In this document: positions 30,330 to 32,000 of the stretch, piece by piece
Numbering within the stretch: position 1 is the stretch's first letter
Layout of the letters: every line of letters starts with the position of its first letter
DNA from: Zymomonas mobilis subsp. mobilis ATCC 10988
Lineage (GTDB): Bacteria; Pseudomonadota; Alphaproteobacteria; Sphingomonadales; Sphingomonadaceae
DNA: 32,000 bases
Reading direction: 5' to 3'
NCBI RefSeq assembly: GCF_000175255.2
Contig: NC_017262.1
Span: 720,001-752,000 of the forward strand
Made by a program: the position numbers and the translations under genes
Notes under the pieces: model-generated
Seen by the model: only the letters and a program-made list of their open reading frames with translations
The model's database searches: none
Told to the model about the DNA's origin: nothing

Positions 30330-31355
30330 ATGACATCCGTTCTTCCAGACCCGACCCGCCCCCTTAGCTTCGACGAAGCCAGAAAAACATTCGGAGAAAT
30401 CCTTGATGGCTTCTATGATAAGGATGATCTTGCAGCTTTCCTTATCGCCATGTCTAAAAGAGGCGAAAGCGGTGCTGAAATTGCTGGCGCAGCCAAAGCT
30501 GCCATTGAAAGAATGGTCACAATCAAGGCACCGGAAGATACTATTGATGTTTGCGGGACGGGTGGCGATGGCCAAAACAGCCTGAATATTTCAACCGCCG
30601 TTTCTCTTGTCGTTGCCGCCACTCATATTCCCGTAGCCAAGCATGGAAACAGAGCCTCTTCCAGTATGGCAGGGGCTGCTGATACATTGGAGGCCTTGGG
30701 TGTCAAAATAGACCTTACTCCCAAGCAGGCAGAACACTGCCTGAAAGAAACCGGCATCACTTTTCTTTTTGCGCCAACCTATCATCCTGCCTTGGTCGAG
30801 CTTGCACCTTTGCGACGCAAAATAGGCCAGCCTACGATTTTCAATCTGATCGGGCCTCTCGCCAATCCCGCACAAGTCAGCCGTCAACTTATCGGCTTAG
30901 CCTCGCCGCGCTATTTTGATGCCTATAGCGAAGCTATTAGCCTCCTTGGTCTGGATACCGTTTTGCTGGTTTCCGGCGACGATCCCTTGGACGAGGTCTC
31001 AATCAGCAAAAGCAGCACCGCATTAATGATCCGTAAGAATGAAAATCCCAACAGTGGATTACCCGCAGGTCGGATACGGATAAAACCTGCCGATGTTAAC
31101 CTTGATACCCACCCGATCAGCAGTATTCGGGGTGGTAATGCAGACTACAACGCCCAAGCCTTATTAGATCTCTTGGCAGGTAAAGCCTCGGCCTATCGCG
31201 ATGCCGTTCTAATCAATGCAGCGGGCGCGCTGATTGTTGCTGAAAAATGCTGGGACTGGGATGACGGCGTTAATGTCGCCTCAAATGTCATAGATAGTGG
31301 ACGTGCCAGTCAAGTTTTCGAGGCATGGAAGAAATTTTCCCAGAATCTCCGCTAA
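30330..31355 (+). CDS. trpD: Anthranilate phosphoribosyltransferase
   Basis: DVCGTGGDGQNSLNIST, KHGNRASSSMAGAADTLEALG. Confidence 0.97.
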   Translation: MTSVLPDPTRPLSFDEARKTFGEILDGFYDKDDLAAFLIAMSKRGESGAEIAGAAKAAIERMVTIKAPEDTIDVCGTGGDGQNSLNISTAVSLVVAATHIPVAKHGNRASSSMAGAADTLEALGVKIDLTPKQAEHCLKETGITFLFAPTYHPALVELAPLRRKIGQPTIFNLIGPLANPAQVSRQLIGLASPRYFDAYSEAISLLGLDTVLLVSGDDPLDEVSISKSSTALMIRKNENPNSGLPAGRIRIKPADVNLDTHPISSIRGGNADYNAQALLDLLAGKASAYRDAVLINAAGALIVAEKCWDWDDGVNVASNVIDSGRASQVFEAWKKFSQNLR

Positions 31356-31423
31356 AATAGCCGCTAACGAATGGGGCAAAAGAACGGCTCATCTATTGAC
31401 AGTTAGATGGATGTTTCCTACAC

Positions 31424-31438
31424 GTTCTATATCTGTTC
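31424..31438 (+). promoter_or_regulatory. LexA/SOS box upstream of lexA
   Basis: GTTCTATATCTGTTC, an exact GTTC-N7-GTTC alphaproteobacterial LexA site; preceded by a -35-like TTGACA at 31396-31401 and a possible -10 TACACG at 31419-31424 (17-nt spacer). Confidence 0.8.
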
Positions 31439-31520
31439 CAACAGAATCATGAAGCCTGTCTTATAAAAGATGAGGAAACACGCCCCTTCGTTAGCGGGCC
31501 TTTGACGGAAGATTGCGGCT

Positions 31521-32000
31521 ATGCTGACGCGCAAGCAACATGATTTGCTTCTTTTTATCCACAACCGGCTCAGCGTATCAGGTATTTCACCTTCTTTTGA
31601 AGAAATGAAACTCGCCCTTGATCTCAAATCGAAATCAGGGATTCACCGCCTTATCAAGGCTCTGGAAGAGCGAGGCTTTATCCGCCGATTACCTAATCGC
31701 GCACGGGCATTGGAAGTGATCCGTTTGCCAGAAGATAAAACGGAAATTCAAAAAAAAATTTCTCGGGATTATACGCCCCCGAAAGCGGATAATGATGTTA
31801 TCGAGATCCCGCTTCATGGCAGAATTGCTGCTGGTTTACCGATAGAAGCTCTGGAAGGCCAATCCCATCTGGCTGTCCCACCAAGCTATCTTGGAAGCGG
31901 TGCCCATTACGCCCTAGAGGTCGCCGGAGATTCCATGGTCGATGCCGGTATTTTTGATGGCGATTATATTATCGTTCGTCAAACCGATGAAGCTCATGAA
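31521..32000 (+). CDS. lexA: LexA repressor (partial, runs off the window)
   Basis: [67 protein letters not shown]...[18 protein letters not shown]...[21 protein letters not shown]; not in the supplied ORF list because it has no stop in the window. Confidence 0.96.
   Translation, partial: MLTRKQHDLLLFIHNRLSVSGISPSFEEMKLALDLKSKSGIHRLIKALEERGFIRRLPNRARALEVIRLPEDKTEIQKKISRDYTPPKADNDVIEIPLHGRIAAGLPIEALEGQSHLAVPPSYLGSGAHYALEVAGDSMVDAGIFDGDYIIVRQTDEAHE

Noticed and set aside
31427-31627. 66-aa minus-strand ORF overlapping the lexA start
   Set aside because: Antisense to the lexA start and promoter; no features.

Overview
Chromosomal window from a sphingomonad-type alphaproteobacterium, Zymomonas-like by protein character (inference; no database search was run). 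Most of it is conserved housekeeping sequence. In order: ydbL/ynbE/ydbH-type envelope operon (-), radC-family gene (+), purB (+), dnaJ and dnaK (-), HAD phosphatase-like gene (-), M20 hydrolase plus a 3'-truncated astA (+), an 845-bp IS5-family element, a 5'-truncated M23 peptidase (+), 5-formyl-THF cyclo-ligase (-), MATE transporter (+), a 1126-aa autotransporter (+), rplU/rpmA (+), GNAT (+), obgE-proB-SDR (+), CDF transporter (-) divergent from a MerR regulator (+), methyl-accepting chemotaxis protein (-), trpG/trpD (+) and a partial lexA (+). The most interesting object is the autotransporter at 17213-20593. Its secreted N-terminal passenger carries both catalytic motifs (DTGS and DSGT) and a flap-like segment of a bilobal pepsin-type aspartic protease, ahead of beta-strand repeats and a C-terminal beta-barrel. 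Other notable signals are an IS-bounded chimeric junction joining half of astA to a headless M23 peptidase, a MerR-type operator between the CDF and MerR genes, a sigma32-like promoter before dnaK, and an alphaproteobacterial LexA box enclosed by a 16-17-bp inverted repeat upstream of lexA.
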